Assembly: GCA_038884715.1 (NCBI GenBank)
Contig: JAWABG010000003.1
Span: forward strand, 41,304-93,933
Direction of reading: 5' to 3'
DNA: 52,630 nt
Source of the DNA: Candidatus Woesearchaeota archaeon
Lineage (GTDB): Archaea; Nanobdellota; Nanobdellia; Woesearchaeales; UBA9642
The notes beneath the pieces were generated by a model. It saw only the letters and a program-made list of their open reading frames with translations, did not search any database and was not told the DNA's origin. The position numbers and the translations under genes are program-made. How positions within the stretch are numbered: position 1 is the stretch's first letter; each line of letters starts with the position of its first letter. Below, piece by piece: positions 8,304-19,153 of the stretch.

Positions 8304-11300
8304 TTAATTGTTTTCCTTTTTTGTGCTCTGGTTTCTTATTTTTCTTACTTTCAAAATTACTAATGGAGCAACAATAAACAATATTAAGATAAAAAATAAT
8401 AATATATATAGTAAAAATTTATTTGTATTCCGAACTATTTTTTGGAACCAATTAAATGGAGCTTGCTCATCAGGTTTTTTCTGATCCCTTTGGCTTATCA
8501 AATATTTACATCCTTCAATAACAGAATTAACATCTACCAGTGCATTTTCATAAGCTCCCTTAACTATATAACCTTGAGCTCTCTCCAAGATCTCATTTAA
8601 TTCAAGACATTCAGGATTACTCTCTAGTAAATCGCGAGCAAACGTTACCTTTGTCTGAACTTGCTGACCTATGTCCTCTCTTTCTAAAGAATTTATGAGA
8701 ACTGATGCCGAATCGCTGAATAAAGGAGTTGTTACATTCGCATCAATCTTTATCTCAAAGTTTTCTCCCAATCTATAATTTTTTACAGTTAATGTTACTT
8801 TTTTTGTTTCTTTAAATCTAATTATGTCAAAATAATCCTGATCAAATTGAAGTGATACATTAGAAGCATTTGTATGCGCGGCTAATCTCACTTCTTTTAT
8901 ATCTTCTGACCAATTATTCTTTATTTGAACAGGAATCTTTATTGTTCTGTCTTTATAAATAACAACAACATCAGGTATAATTAATTCCACAACTTTGGGA
9001 ACATCAACTTCTTCAGGTGTTGGAACTGAGACTATTTGCCTCGAGCTACCCCCACCACTAGTAACAATAGGCAGAGGCTGTGTAACATTCTCTGCTGTTT
9101 TTGATATATTAATCTGTACCAGATTACTATCATATGTCAGACCACCATTATCAGTTGCAATAAAGCTCACATAACATAATCCTGTGTTTGTAGGATTAAT
9201 GATTAAATCCTGACCAGAAATTGATATATCAGCATATTCACAAGTTCCATTCATTGAATAACTTAGATTATTAGTTTCACCCAAATCTGAGCATATAACT
9301 CCATTGCTATTTAAGTCATCATCATCATCAATAAATCTCTGGATGCCATTTCCACAATCAAAATATCCTATTATTAAAGTGGACTGGTTTACACCAGTTA
9401 TGTTTTCTAGTAAATTCTTAAGATAAGGTCCTCTGTTTACATTCGAAACATTAACAAGCCACTCCCATGAAGCATTCATATATGTTTCATCAAAAACAAA
9501 AAGAGTAATATTTTTTAAACCAGAAGAAAAAAAATCAAAATAATAGGATAGATTCATAGTTGTTGCGTTTAGATTATTTTGATAATACCAAGCATAAGTA
9601 AGTGTATCAACATTTTCATCAGTTGTGAAATGGCTAAACTTAACAGTCGAATTTTCACTAATGTTTATTGTCGTAGATCTGGCTCCTGAAAAATTTGATG
9701 TATTAATTAATTCAAATATAGTAAAATTTGATATTGGTAAACCATACGGACTAATTAAATTTATATTAGGAGGATTTGTTCTATCATAAACACTAAAATT
9801 CACAATCTGGCTTTCTGTTGCATTTGACAAGTCCGTAACTGAAAAATTAAATGAATAATTACCAATGTCAAGATCTGTCGGGTTAAAGCCTACTAGTATG
9901 GAATAGTTAGTATTTTTAGTCATAGTAAAGAAAGAATAATCAGTACAGTTCACACCGTTACTCGTGTTTAAACAACTAAATGTTAAATTCTCAAAAACAC
10001 CAACATTTTCTAGATCAAGATCATAATCAGTTACATTTATTTGTAGACTTGAAATATGTTCGACAACAATTATCGGAAATGTAATGGAATCACTAATATT
10101 ATTCCTATTCATATCAAAAAATGGGGCGTCATTTACATTGAGAACTGTAAAGTTCAGTATGTATAAATCTGACGCTCCCAGGGGATCTATTATAGAAATA
10201 TTAATAGAATGATTGCCTACTTGTGAATTTGTTGGAGTGAAGTTTAGAAGTTTATTATCAGATACATTATAGATTTTATAAATATTGGAAGAAAACTCTG
10301 TATTTGATATAAAGCTCCAGATATATGGTCCTCCTTCTGGATCAGTCACATTAATATTTATGAGGCATTCTAATCCTTGACTACAAGTAAGGTTTCCACT
10401 TACATTAATAATCGGGGCAGTGTTATTTATAATATATATATTAACTATTCTTGAAGCATTCAAACCAAAGCTGTCAGTAACAGTAATATTATAACTATAA
10501 TTTCCTATATAAGAATCAGTCATTGCTGATACATTTGTAATTATACCTGTTGTATCATTTATCATGAATTTTGTTGATTCATTTATTGAATATATTATCC
10601 AATCTCCACTATTATAAACCAACAAGTCGGGGTCTGTTGCATTAACCTTATAAGTAAAAGTAACTCCCTTTGCTCCAGACAAGTTAGACATATTGTTACC
10701 CGACCTTAAATTCTGCGAATAAAATGACATTTCATATATAATAGGAGGATCATTCGTGTTTGTTAGATTTAAACTTAAATTTATTGAATAACTTGCGCCT
10801 CCTCCTGACGCATTATCTGTAACAGTAATTATAATATTACTACACACAACATGATTATTTGTTAGATTTGAAATGTTTATTATACCAACAGCATTTACAT
10901 GTGTACCGTTCCATGTTCCATTATTAATTGTCTGTATTACCCAAGGATTCGATAAACTGCAATTTAAGCTATTGACTGAAAAGTTTAGTATTTGACCTTC
11001 ATCTATATCGCTCGCATTTATTTCCATAAGAAAAGATTGATTCTGAGTCCCATTAGTATTATTTACACTTGTAATATTAGGAATGTGATTAACTGGATAT
11101 ATTATTAAACCAAAAAAATAGAGAGCTGAAGCATTAAGGAAGTCGGTTATATTGACCATAATAGTATAATTGCCTCTTTCTGTATATACTGGTGCGTTGC
11201 CTGGCCTGTTAAATGTAATGTTTGCTGAAGTACTACTGATTGAAGTTATTTTTAAATAATCTAACGACGAGTTTATGCTAAAATTTAATGGATAGTTTGA

Positions 11301-12071
11301 CTCTTCATCAACTCCTGTAATAATCAAACTATATGGAACTCCTTCTGTAGCTGTCTGAGGACCGAGCACTGGATCAAAGTATGGTGCATCGTTGACAGCA
11401 AGAACTTCAAATATTACTTCTTTTGAACCAGCACCATCCGTATCTTCAGCATAAATTCTCATAGTATGATTACCAATCTGAGCATATGATGCATTGAATG
11501 TTATTGTTGAAGTTGTCATTGAAAATAGTGGTGTAGAATATACTGTCCCTCCATGTGGAGTAGAATTTCTGTCTCTTGCAAACCAACCTATTATTAAATC
11601 ATCATCGTAATCGATTGCAATGGCTGTGATAGGCCCAAACACAACATCTTCTAAAGCATTTTGTTTGAGTGTTGGAAATGTTATTACAGGAGGACTGTTT
11701 TGAATTTGAATTGAACTTGAATTCATTTGTGTAGTATTGTGTGTATAATTAGAACCAATCACCCCACACGTCCAATATTCATTTTTTCTTGTATATAAAT
11801 TTGACAATATTGCTGTTGATTCAACGCCGCTTGTAACAGTTTGTGTATTGCTAAAAAAGATAGCTGATCCATTAAACCAAGTATAGTTTACAAAAAGATT
11901 TCCTTCACCAGTAATATTAAAAGTGCATATAATATCTGTTAAAGTTGTTGCATTTGTTGTAGTTATAATTGAATATTCAACATTTAGTGCACTTGAAGAT
12001 TTTATTAATAATGTGAATATAAATAAGATAAAAATCACAAATATTATTCTCATTATAAATCTCCTTTTCAT
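8304..12071 (-). CDS. Giant C-terminally anchored surface glycoprotein with cadherin-like / Ig-like repeats
   Basis: N-terminal signal/anchor (IIFVIFILFIFTLLIKSSSA). Repeated module junctions VNDAPYF, VNDAPFF, TNDPPII, NSPPVITF, NTAPIINV. C-terminal TM helix (FLLYILLFFILILFIVAPLVIL) plus a basic tail. About 75 N-X-S/T sequons by my hand count. Confidence 0.75.
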   Translation of the reverse strand: MKRRFIMRIIFVIFILFIFTLLIKSSSALNVEYSIITTTNATTLTDIICTFNITGEGNLFVNYTWFNGSAIFFSNTQTVTSGVESTAILSNLYTRKNEYWTCGVIGSNYTHNTTQMNSSSIQIQNSPPVITFPTLKQNALEDVVFGPITAIAIDYDDDLIIGWFARDRNSTPHGGTVYSTPLFSMTTSTITFNASYAQIGNHTMRIYAEDTDGAGSKEVIFEVLAVNDAPYFDPVLGPQTATEGVPYSLIITGVDEESNYPLNFSINSSLDYLKITSISSTSANITFNRPGNAPVYTERGNYTIMVNITDFLNASALYFFGLIIYPVNHIPNITSVNNTNGTQNQSFLMEINASDIDEGQILNFSVNSLNCSLSNPWVIQTINNGTWNGTHVNAVGIINISNLTNNHVVCSNIIITVTDNASGGGASYSINLSLNLTNTNDPPIIYEMSFYSQNLRSGNNMSNLSGAKGVTFTYKVNATDPDLLVYNSGDWIIYSINESTKFMINDTTGIITNVSAMTDSYIGNYSYNITVTDSFGLNASRIVNIYIINNTAPIINVSGNLTCSQGLECLININVTDPEGGPYIWSFISNTEFSSNIYKIYNVSDNKLLNFTPTNSQVGNHSINISIIDPLGASDLYILNFTVLNVNDAPFFDMNRNNISDSITFPIIVVEHISSLQINVTDYDLDLENVGVFENLTFSCLNTSNGVNCTDYSFFTMTKNTNYSILVGFNPTDLDIGNYSFNFSVTDLSNATESQIVNFSVYDRTNPPNINLISPYGLPISNFTIFELINTSNFSGARSTTINISENSTVKFSHFTTDENVDTLTYAWYYQNNLNATTMNLSYYFDFFSSGLKNITLFVFDETYMNASWEWLVNVSNVNRGPYLKNLLENITGVNQSTLIIGYFDCGNGIQRFIDDDDDLNSNGVICSDLGETNNLSYSMNGTCEYADISISGQDLIINPTNTGLCYVSFIATDNGGLTYDSNLVQINISKTAENVTQPLPIVTSGGGSSRQIVSVPTPEEVDVPKVVELIIPDVVVIYKDRTIKIPVQIKNNWSEDIKEVRLAAHTNASNVSLQFDQDYFDIIRFKETKKVTLTVKNYRLGENFEIKIDANVTTPLFSDSASVLINSLEREDIGQQVQTKVTFARDLLESNPECLELNEILERAQGYIVKGAYENALVDVNSVIEGCKYLISQRDQKKPDEQAPFNWFQKIVRNTNKFLLYILLFFILILFIVAPLVILKVRKIRNQSTKKENN

Positions 12072-12092
12072 TTTATTTTTTCTAATACATAT

Positions 12093-12212
12093 TTATTTTA
12101 TGTTTTCTAATATAGTTATGATTAACTCTTTGATTGTAGTATTTCTTTTGACTGCCTCTAACTTTAGATCTCTGTGCAGTTCATCTGGAATTTTTATGTT
12201 AATATTTACCAT
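12093..12212 (-). CDS. Small ribbon-helix-helix (CopG/Arc/MetJ-like) protein, paralog 1
   Basis: Using the internal ATG at 12212: MVNINIKIPDELHRDLKLEAVKRNTTIKELIITILENIK, which has a beta-strand then helix-turn-helix RHH layout. The extra 21 codons of the 60-aa track ORF are encoded by a GC-rich hairpin. The stop lies 21 nt upstream of the giant glycoprotein start on the same strand. Confidence 0.5.
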   Translation of the reverse strand: MVNINIKIPDELHRDLKLEAVKRNTTIKELIITILENIK

Positions 12213-12224
12213 ATTTTTAGAAGG

Positions 12225-12271
12225 AAAAAAGCGTCCGTGTTGCATTGGGGGACAAAACAGGGCACAGACGC
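12225..12271 (-). promoter_or_regulatory. GC-rich hairpin plus T6 in the leader of RHH paralog 1 (terminator/attenuator-like)
   Basis: On the minus strand: GCGTCTGTG-(23-nt loop)-CACGGACGC followed by TTTTTT, ending about 12 nt before the ATG at 12212. This is a 9-bp stem with one G-U pair. Confidence 0.4.
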
Positions 12272-12332
12272 TCATTCCTTGTGGTTTTTTTAGGTCTTGT
12301 TAGTTTTGATATGTAAGTATGTAGATAATTAT

Positions 12333-12364
12333 AAAAAAATGGGCAGTGCAAATAGCACCAGCCC
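12333..12364 (-). terminator. Hairpin plus oligo-T terminator-like element downstream of RHH paralog 2
   Basis: On the minus strand: GGGCTGGTGC-TATTT-GCACTGCCC (imperfect stem) followed by ATTTTTTT, starting 8 nt after the stop of 12372..12512. Confidence 0.45.
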
Positions 12365-12371
12365 TATCGTT

Positions 12372-12512
12372 TTATTTCTTTTTTTTAAGTACCACCAGAC
12401 CCTCCTGAAGTTCTGTTATTATGTACTCTTTTAGTGTGATATTTTTTAGTACAGAACGAATCTTAAGTCTTTTATGAAGCTCGTCATTAATTTCAATATT
12501 TATGTTAACCAT
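12372..12512 (-). CDS. Small ribbon-helix-helix protein, paralog 2 (46 aa, below the ORF-track cutoff)
   Basis: Hand translation: MVNINIEINDELHKRLKIRSVLKNITLKEYIITELQEGLVVLKKKK. It shares MVNINI-I-DELH--LK-------T-KE-IIT-L with paralog 1. Confidence 0.5.
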   Translation of the reverse strand: MVNINIEINDELHKRLKIRSVLKNITLKEYIITELQEGLVVLKKKK

Positions 12513-12698
12513 TTTCTTAGTAAGGTCATTAACTTAATAAGTTAATTAAGTTCAATTATTTAAATTATTTATATAATTTATATAACTTATTTATAAATAT
12601 TTTTATTTATAAAAATTTGGAAGAACAAAGAAAGGAACGCGCCTTTTCATTAAAAGCAATACACAAGATTTATATAATTCCTAATCAAAAACTAAACA

Positions 12699-13973
12699 GT
12701 GAAACTATATTTTCATGGCGGTGCGAGGGAGGTTGGCAGGTCATGTATTGAGTTAGAGACCTCTGGAGACCGTTATCTTATAGATGCAGGATTAAAATTT
12801 CGTGAAGATGGATTTGACTATCCTGTCAAAGTTTTTGAAATGAGAGAGATTAACGGATTGTTCTTGAGCCATGCACATCTTGACCACACAGGATCTCTTC
12901 CATTATTTGAACATTATAACTTAATATGTCCAATATTTGCAACAGCTGAAACAAAATATCTATCAAAAATACTATTAAAGGATTCATATAGAGTTGCTAG
13001 AATAAGACATCTTCATCCAGCATATGGAAACACAGAACTAAAAAAAGTTAGTAAAACTACAAAGATTGTCAGTTTTAAGAAAAGATATGCATTTAGAAAA
13101 CTGTTTTTTACCTTCTTTAATGCAGGCCACATACCTGGCAGTGCAAGTATTTTATTTGAATTAGAGGATAAAAGATTATTATATACAGGAGATTTTAATA
13201 CAAAAAACACAGAATTAATGAAACCTGCAGATGTAGAATATAACAACATTGATATACTTATTACAGAATCAACATATGGCAATACAACGTTACCTGAAAG
13301 AGAAGAAACAATGAAAAAATTTCTTGATAAGATAGAAGAAACAATAAAAAGAGGGGGCAGTGCGTTAATTCCTGTTTTTGCTTTAGGAAGAGGGCAAGAA
13401 ATATTGTTAATGTTAGGAAAAAGAAAATGGAATGTGCCAATAGTTTATGATGGAATGGTAACTAAGATAACAAATAAGATTTTGTCAACACCTGATAATT
13501 ATGTTGCTCAACAAAAGGAATTAAAAAATCTAATGTCAAAAGTGGAATTGGTTTCGTCTGAAAGACACAGAGGACTAGTTATGAAGAAGCAAGCGATAAT
13601 AGTAACAACAAGCGGAATGGTTCAAGGCGGACCTATACTCAATTATGTAAAGAATATGTGGGGTAACCCTAAGCACTCAATATTACTAACAGGTTTTCAG
13701 TGCAAGAGAACAAACGGAAGACTTTTATTAGAAGAAGGATATCTCTTCCTTGACGGCTGGAAAACATATGTGAAATGTGAAGTAAAAGAATTTCAATTCT
13801 CAGGCCATATTGATAGACCGGATTTAGAACAATACATAAAAAAGGTGAACCCAAAAGTAGTTATTATACAACACGGAGATGAATCTGAAGCCCAACCGCT
13901 GTTTGAATGGTGCCAGAATAATACGAATGCAAAAATTTATTTTCCAAAGGTAAATGATGAATTGGAATTTTAA
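12699..13973 (+). CDS. beta-CASP metallo-beta-lactamase RNase (aCPSF2-like, no KH domains)
   Basis: MBL motif LSHAHLDHTGSLP, GHIPGSA, TESTYG, and the C-terminal beta-CASP histidine region FSGHIDRPDL and VIIQHGDES. GTG start. Confidence 0.8.
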   Translation: MKLYFHGGAREVGRSCIELETSGDRYLIDAGLKFREDGFDYPVKVFEMREINGLFLSHAHLDHTGSLPLFEHYNLICPIFATAETKYLSKILLKDSYRVARIRHLHPAYGNTELKKVSKTTKIVSFKKRYAFRKLFFTFFNAGHIPGSASILFELEDKRLLYTGDFNTKNTELMKPADVEYNNIDILITESTYGNTTLPEREETMKKFLDKIEETIKRGGSALIPVFALGRGQEILLMLGKRKWNVPIVYDGMVTKITNKILSTPDNYVAQQKELKNLMSKVELVSSERHRGLVMKKQAIIVTTSGMVQGGPILNYVKNMWGNPKHSILLTGFQCKRTNGRLLLEEGYLFLDGWKTYVKCEVKEFQFSGHIDRPDLEQYIKKVNPKVVIIQHGDESEAQPLFEWCQNNTNAKIYFPKVNDELEF

Positions 13974-14054
13974 AAACCAAAATAAGAAAAATATTTTAAT
14001 TATATAAAAATGAACATATAAAAATATAAAAAAATATATGAAAGAGGTAAATTT

Positions 14055-15335
14055 ATGGACCTAAACTATATTAATCTTAAATACAAACCATCAAAAACAG
14101 ACTTGATTGCTGAATACTTAACTGAACCAAATAACTGCTCTATAGAAGAGGCTGCCGAGAACATTGCAAAAGAGTCAAGCATTGGAACATGGACAGAATT
14201 ATCAACAATAAATAAAAATATTGCTAAAAGGCTTAAGCCAAATGTATTTTATATAAACAAAAAGCAGAACTTAATTAAGATAGCATATCCATATGAGTTA
14301 TTTGAGTTTGGAAATATGCCCCAGATTTTAAGCTCAATAGGTGGAAATATATTTGGAATGAAGATTATTAAAACATTAAGGCTTGAAGATATTCAGTTTC
14401 CAAAAATCATGATGAATCATTTTAAAGGACCAAAATTCGGGATAAAGGGAATAAGAAAAATTACAAAAACAAAAAAAAGGCCATTAATTGGGACAATTAT
14501 TAAGCCAAAACTAGGACTTAATGCGAAGGAACACGCGCAATGTGCATTTAATGCGTGGGTAGGAGGAATTGATATTGTGAAGGATGATGAAAACCTGACA
14601 AGTATGACATTCAATAATTTTGAAAAAAGAATAACAGAAACTATAAAATTAAAGGAAAAGGCTGAAAAAATGACAGGAGAAAAAAAAATCTATATGCCAA
14701 ATATTACAGCAGAAACAGAGACAATGAAAAAAAGGCTTAAATATGTTTACGATTCTGGAAATGAATATATTATGATGGATATACTAACTGCGGGAATGTC
14801 TGGACTTCAAACAGTAAGAAGCATAATAGAAGACTATCCGTTAGTAATACATGCTCATCGTGCAGGCCATGCAGCCTTGACAAGAAATTCGAAGCACGGA
14901 ATCTCTATGTTATCTATTGCAAAAATTGCTAGATTAATAGGTGTTGACCAATTACACATAGGAACAGCGGATGTAGGTAAAATGGAAGGCTCAGATTTTG
15001 AAACACAGGAAATTGAAGATGAAATAGAACAAAAAATAATAAGAAAAAAAGGACATATTCTAGAGCAAGATTGGCATAACATCAAGCCAGTATTTGCAGT
15101 TGCTAGTGGGGGCTTACATCCTGGAGGACTACCACTTATTATAAAACGTTTAGGATATAACATTGTTTGCCAAATGGGTGGTGGTGTACATGGCCATCCA
15201 AATGGAACTCTTGCAGGAGCAAAAGCCGCAAGACAAGCACTCGAAGCTGTGATGAAAGGAAAGAAATTAGAAGATTATGCTCAAAATCATATTGAATTAA
15301 TGCTCGCAATAAAAAAGTGGGGCATAAAAGAATAA
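14055..15335 (+). CDS. rbcL: Form III ribulose-1,5-bisphosphate carboxylase/oxygenase, large-subunit type
   Basis: RuBisCO catalytic blocks are intact: GTIIKPKLGL, GGIDIVKDDENL (carbamylated Lys context), VIHAHRAGHAA, ASGGLHPG, QMGGGVHGHPNG. There is no small-subunit gene, and the 426-aa length is typical of archaeal form III. Confidence 0.9.
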   Translation: MDLNYINLKYKPSKTDLIAEYLTEPNNCSIEEAAENIAKESSIGTWTELSTINKNIAKRLKPNVFYINKKQNLIKIAYPYELFEFGNMPQILSSIGGNIFGMKIIKTLRLEDIQFPKIMMNHFKGPKFGIKGIRKITKTKKRPLIGTIIKPKLGLNAKEHAQCAFNAWVGGIDIVKDDENLTSMTFNNFEKRITETIKLKEKAEKMTGEKKIYMPNITAETETMKKRLKYVYDSGNEYIMMDILTAGMSGLQTVRSIIEDYPLVIHAHRAGHAALTRNSKHGISMLSIAKIARLIGVDQLHIGTADVGKMEGSDFETQEIEDEIEQKIIRKKGHILEQDWHNIKPVFAVASGGLHPGGLPLIIKRLGYNIVCQMGGGVHGHPNGTLAGAKAARQALEAVMKGKKLEDYAQNHIELMLAIKKWGIKE

Positions 15336-15406
15336 CAAAAAAACAATAAAGATTAAAAAAAATTTAACCACTAAATATTTAAAGCGAGTATTCTTAACTT
15401 AATTAG

Positions 15407-16888
15407 ATGAAGCTCAAAGTTAGAAATATTCCAATAAGTACAGGAAACGCTAATATTGCTGTAATTAATGAGGAAGATGCAATAAAATTTGATCTATTTC
15501 CTGAAGACAGGATTAAGGTTATTTATGGAAAAAATGATGTTGTTGTATCACTTGATATAACAAAAGACAAATCAATGCCTCCAGGATACATATATGTTAT
15601 GGAAGAAGTTACAGAATATTTACATCTAAAAAATAATAAACTCGTGAAAATTGAAATGGCTCAAAAGCCAATCTCTACTAAGTATATCAGAAAAAAACTT
15701 TCAGGAGGAAAGCTAACAAAAAAAGAGATTTATACTATTATTAAAGATATTGTTAAAGGAAATCTAACAGATATTGAGCTTACTTATTTTGTTTCTGGTT
15801 GCTACAGTCATGAATTAAGTATTGATGAAATTACATATATGGTAAAAGCTTTAGTTGATACAGGTCAAAGATTTAGGCCGAGAAAAAAAATTGTAGTAGA
15901 CAAACATTGTATAGGTGGAGTTCCAAATAACAGGACGACAATTATTGTAGTACCAATAATTGCCGCATATGGATTATGTATCCCAAAAACTTCATCAAGA
16001 GCAATTACTAGTCCTGCAGGAACTGCAGACACTTTAGAAGTATTGACAAATGTAAATCTGGACATAAAAAAAATGTCAAAGGTTGTAAAAAAAACAAACG
16101 GGTGTTTAGCGTGGGGTGGCTCTCTTAATCTTGCACCTGCTGATGACAAGATCATAAGAATTGAATATCCTATTTTCATTGATACAACAGGTCTTTTAAT
16201 GTCTAGTGTGCTCGCAAAAAAATATTCGGTAAGTGCGACACATGTAATAATTGATATTCCATACGGACCCGGAGCAAAAGTCGAGACAAGGGTGAGGGCA
16301 TTAAAATTAAAAAAGTTATTTGAATTAATGGGAAGAAGACTGGGTATAAAAATTAGGGTTTTACTTACAGATGGAAGCCAGCCTGTAGGAAATGGTATTG
16401 GGCCATTACTTGAATGTATTGACTGCATTAAAGTCTTAAGAAACAAAAAAGACGCACCACAAGACCTAAAAGAAAAAAGCATTTATCTTGCAGGACAATT
16501 ATTGAATCTTAGTGGGGTAACAAAGAGTGAAAATGATGGAGAAAAGATTGCAAGAGATATACTTGAATCAGGCAGAGCCTACAAAAAATTCATAGAAATT
16601 ATAAAAGCTCAAGGAATGAAAAAAATGCCAAACAAAGCAAAACTAAAACTTGATTTTAGAGCTACAAAAACAGGAAAAATAAAAGAAATTCATAACTCTT
16701 CAATATCCAAGATTGCAAGACTCTGTGGCGCCCCAAAAACAAAAGAAGCAGGACTATACTTATACAAAAAAGTTGGAGATAGTGTAAAAAAAGGGGAAAA
16801 GATTATTACTCTTTATGCTAATAACAAAGATCTTTTAAGATATGCTAAACAAAAATATTTGAGAAATTTGCCAATAATTATTGAATAA
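15407..16888 (+). CDS. deoA: AMP phosphorylase (archaeal DeoA, thymidine phosphorylase family)
   Basis: Archaeal-type N-terminal domain (MKLKVRNIPISTGNANIAVINEEDA) followed by the glycosyl-transferase family 3 core (DKHCIGGVPNNRTT, TSSRAITSPAGTADTLE) and a C-terminal alpha/beta domain. It lies directly downstream of rbcL on the same strand. Confidence 0.85.
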   Translation: MKLKVRNIPISTGNANIAVINEEDAIKFDLFPEDRIKVIYGKNDVVVSLDITKDKSMPPGYIYVMEEVTEYLHLKNNKLVKIEMAQKPISTKYIRKKLSGGKLTKKEIYTIIKDIVKGNLTDIELTYFVSGCYSHELSIDEITYMVKALVDTGQRFRPRKKIVVDKHCIGGVPNNRTTIIVVPIIAAYGLCIPKTSSRAITSPAGTADTLEVLTNVNLDIKKMSKVVKKTNGCLAWGGSLNLAPADDKIIRIEYPIFIDTTGLLMSSVLAKKYSVSATHVIIDIPYGPGAKVETRVRALKLKKLFELMGRRLGIKIRVLLTDGSQPVGNGIGPLLECIDCIKVLRNKKDAPQDLKEKSIYLAGQLLNLSGVTKSENDGEKIARDILESGRAYKKFIEIIKAQGMKKMPNKAKLKLDFRATKTGKIKEIHNSSISKIARLCGAPKTKEAGLYLYKKVGDSVKKGEKIITLYANNKDLLRYAKQKYLRNLPIIIE

Positions 16889-17061
16889 ATTATTAAGTAA
16901 AAATAAATTAAGTAAGAGTAATAATAAATAATAACAACATATTTACTTGATATAAAATATATTTTTTTATATACGTCTTAATATGTGTTTGATTTAAAAT
17001 AATATATAAAACTATAAAAAATCGAATTATCAGAAAATTAAGAGAGAATAAAAAATAATTA

Positions 17062-17586
17062 TTATTCTATTTTTATTATTTTTATTTTGAATGTTAATTT
17101 TTTCCCTGCTAAGGGATGATTAAAGTCAAGACTGATAGTTGTTTCATCCACATCTATTATTAATGCGGGATATTGCTGTCCATCAGGAGCATTAACAATT
17201 AAGTACATACCTGGTTTTGGTTCCTGTTGCTCAATTGATTTGTTTCTAGGTATCTTTTGTATTAGTTGACTGTGTTTCTCTCCGTATGCTTCTTCTGGCT
17301 GCAGTGTAAATGTCTTTTCATCACCAATCTGCATATCCATAATATTACTTTCAAAACCTTTTATAACCATTCCTTTTCCAATCTCAAATTTTAATGGCTC
17401 ATTATGATTTAGAGAGCTATCAAAAACAGTTCCATCCTCAAGATTTCCAGTATAATCAAGAGTAACAATACTTCCATATTTAACGACATCAGATGAGTTT
17501 CCAGAAGTTAATTTGTTTTCTGAAATTGATTTTGTTGCTACATGCTTTTTTTCAATATTAGACTTATCAGCATCCATAAATATCAC
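17062..17586 (-). CDS. FKBP-type peptidyl-prolyl cis-trans isomerase (SlyD-like, with insert-in-flap)
   Basis: VTLDYTGNLEDGTVFDSS, FEIGKGMVIKGFE, FNHPLAGKKLTFKIKI. A polar N-terminal extension of about 35 aa. Confidence 0.85.
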   Translation of the reverse strand: MIFMDADKSNIEKKHVATKSISENKLTSGNSSDVVKYGSIVTLDYTGNLEDGTVFDSSLNHNEPLKFEIGKGMVIKGFESNIMDMQIGDEKTFTLQPEEAYGEKHSQLIQKIPRNKSIEQQEPKPGMYLIVNAPDGQQYPALIIDVDETTISLDFNHPLAGKKLTFKIKIIKIE

Positions 17587-17764
17587 CTTTAAAAATTATT
17601 TATCGAAAAAACAAGAACAGAATAATAATCTAATATCTCATTTCAACGATTTATTAGAAAATAATAACAATTAACTTATAAGTGTTTTGGTTTAGTTTAA
17701 TAAAAAAAACAAATTTATAAAAAATAAATAAATCCTATCAAAGAATAGTAACAAACATTTTTAA

Positions 17765-18817
<1,053 letters not shown>

Positions 18818-19153
18818 TAAAATGTTTATTTTCTGCTATTATTATTTAGTCTACGATCAATTTTAATAATATTCGTTTTAATAATATTCTACTAATGACT
18901 ATTTTAATAAATTATTAAATTTATATGCAAACACAAAACAATATATAAAAAAATTCAACAAAATATATAAATCAAGACATCATCATTTTACCGTGATATT
19001 ATTATTACTATTATATCTACTATTATTATAATTATAATAATTATCATTATAAATATTTAACACAAATAAAGCATCGATACTGTTCATTATAGAACCTGAA
19101 TATTCCTTATATAATATTCCTTATATAATAGTAGTCTTTATTAGGGGGTGCTT

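Noticed and set aside
12093-12275. Long (60-aa) form of the first RHH ORF
   Set aside because: The extra 21 N-terminal codons (MSVCALFCPPMQHGRFFPSKN) are encoded by the GC-rich hairpin and T-run and have no counterpart in the paralog. The internal ATG at 12212 gives an N-terminus identical to that of the paralog (MVNINI).
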